A DNA stretch of 64,000 nucleotides. Origin: Phoronis australis (Eukaryota > Animalia > Phoronida). Positions 62,133-64,000 of this stretch are shown here, one piece after another. How positions within the stretch are numbered: position 1 is the stretch's first letter; every line of letters begins with the position of its first letter. The position numbers were made by a program, and so were the translations under genes. The notes under the pieces are model-generated. The model was not told the origin of the DNA. It did no database searches and was given only the letters and a program-made list of their open reading frames with translations. Location: contig NMRA01000060.1 of assembly GCA_002633005.1 (NCBI GenBank), forward strand, positions 728,851-792,850, given 5' to 3'.

Positions 62133-64000
62133 GTAATCCTATTCAATGAAGGCACCATTCAAAGTTGTATTAGCCGCCAATGAATAGTCTATTCTTGTCC
62201 TGTGATTTGACTGCTTATGCCAACAAAGGTTGACAAATTTCACAAGAGCTTAAAAATGTCTGGCCTCTCTGTCTCACCCTGTCGGCCATACTTAAAAGTT
62301 AGTTCACTTTTTCAGCACTGTAGGTCTGGAGCTCTGCTGTTCGCACCAAGATGTGTTTTTGCAGTTAGAAATTGATAAATGTATTCGACTAATTGATAGT
62401 AAGACTGTCTTAGGAGCCCCTGTTATAGTATGGTATATGGCTATATGTACTCCACCTTTTTGCTTGTGTGTTGAGTATTTTGTAGTCACACAACATGTTC
62501 AATATAAAATGTTTGGCCATTCTTAAAAGTTCCACACCTGTTCACTTGTAGAAACAATTAAAACTACTATAAACCCACACTCTGTTCAAGAAGCAAACTT
62601 GTGTTTCAGACCACTTACACTATGAAATTGGCCTCAACTTGTTCCTTATTCAGATGAGAAGAGATTTCTCGGTTGTCAAGGAACACCAGTGGTAATTCTT
62701 TGTCCCCATGTTCAGCAAATAAAATGACATGCTGCCACAAGTCAGTTTGTAGTGCTTGATCTCTAGCAATAGGGAATTATGTAACAGTCACTTACACAGA
62801 GTCTCCCATTTTGACAACCTGTTTTCTCCACTGAATAATGGACATAAAACTTGTTCTCAAAATGCTGGATCCCCTGTAAATGACTATAATCGAAAGTGGT
62901 CAGTTGTTTTGAAGCTTTGAAATCACCTTCAATTTGACTAAAAATTTTGAAACCATTTTGTAATGGTGATTGGTTTAAGTTAAAAGTGGTGTTTCTGGAA
63001 TTGATTTCTTCTTCATAATAACAGAGTCAAACATGAATCTGTTGTTCTGGACAGAGAACATTCTCATCAGATATCTTTAGGTTCCATGTCTGCAACTGTC
63101 CACTTGAACCATTGGTTGGGATATACTAGAAAGCTAACAGTTACATCTTTGTCTGATGATCAGCGTGACCATGACAACAACAGTGAGAGATGTTATGATC
63201 TCACTCCAACACCTCCAGAGTTGTGGCCAATATGGCTGTTAAGAATGCACTGGTCTTGCTCTCCTTTGTGTGAAGAACATTATTGTTTGCTAGACATGTT
63301 TGATCAAAGTATCAAGCTGGAAAGATGTCCTTGGGCAGATTATCCTCTCTTCTGTCCTGTAAAATGATTTATCAAGGATGTTAACCTTTCTTCATCTTAT
63401 GTTTTACCTCCATATCATTTGTGCTTTGGGTTGTAACTGTTCCAGTTTTGGCTAGTCAGGTAGAACCTATCCTAGACACTGAGAGTAGCAGAAACTCTGT
63501 GCAGTTACAGTTGAGGTCTTATGTAAATATTTGTATTCAAATATGTAAAAGCATGATGTTGGATTATATGACCTGTTGTTTGTTTTATTTCCATCTGAGC
63601 AATAGCCACAGGTCTGTTGGACCTCTCTATTTGAGTTTCACTTTGGCTGCAAATATTTATTTTTGGCACCATAGTTTTTGCACTGTCTTGTAATTCCACA
63701 ATTTTAAATGGGTTTTGTTGTTGGTGTGTCCCTATTGAAAGAAGGTCGGATAGGGACATAGGGGTGCACCCTGCTGTCTGTCTCAGAGTGTGTTGTGACT
63801 TTTTCTGCATTCTTGGATGTCTCTCGTGGAATTTTTGTTTCTGTTAACTCCAACCATGTTTTAACACTGGCTTTATAATCAGAGCTAAGCTTTATGTCTG
63901 ACATTGAGTGGTCCTTAATATAGGATGCAGGCATTGAGGGACTGATTGATTTAAAGATTGTTCCCTGATCTGTGTGAACAGTGAAGTTCCGTGTTACATC

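Noticed and set aside
63072-63367. Candidate ephrin exon 2 after ctttag at 63080
   Set aside because: The required phase gives MFHVCNCPLEPLVGIY then a stop, with no D.LDIICP-like motif; the 93-aa ORF is not ephrin-like.

Overview
AT-rich, intron- and repeat-rich animal genomic DNA. It is probably a lophotrochozoan-type invertebrate draft assembly (inference), with two N gaps and several single-N joins. Three host genes can be reconstructed by hand. (1) A minus-strand SLC30A1/ZnT1-like zinc exporter with four phase-consistent coding exons (7266-7084, 4745-4623, 1566-1470, 517-191); it runs off the left edge and has metal-response-element matches about 11-12 kb in. (2) A minus-strand FMRFamide/sex-peptide-receptor-type class A GPCR (main exon 23464-22227), plus an upstream exon missed by the ORF track (29406-29316) that adds a signal-peptide-like N-terminus. 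(3) The first exon of a plus-strand ephrin (49694-49839), followed by an intron of more than 14 kb. The remainder is largely transposon-derived: a 5'-truncated Ty3/Gypsy element with a 115-bp 3' LTR, a fold-back Kolobok-type element whose two ~310-bp arms both carry the start of a THAP gene, a 5-bp-TSD TIR family with an embedded tRNA-like head, CR1/L2, Tx1/L1 and Penelope fragments with hammerhead-like motifs, MITEs, a hairpin-core satellite and microsatellites. I cannot support a wholly new multi-gene system here. The most unusual local structures are the double-THAP fold-back element, a hairpin-masked AG|GT splice motif in the ephrin intron, the ephrin furin-type prosegment, the GPCR signal exon and a minisatellite built from a ZnT1 splice junction.
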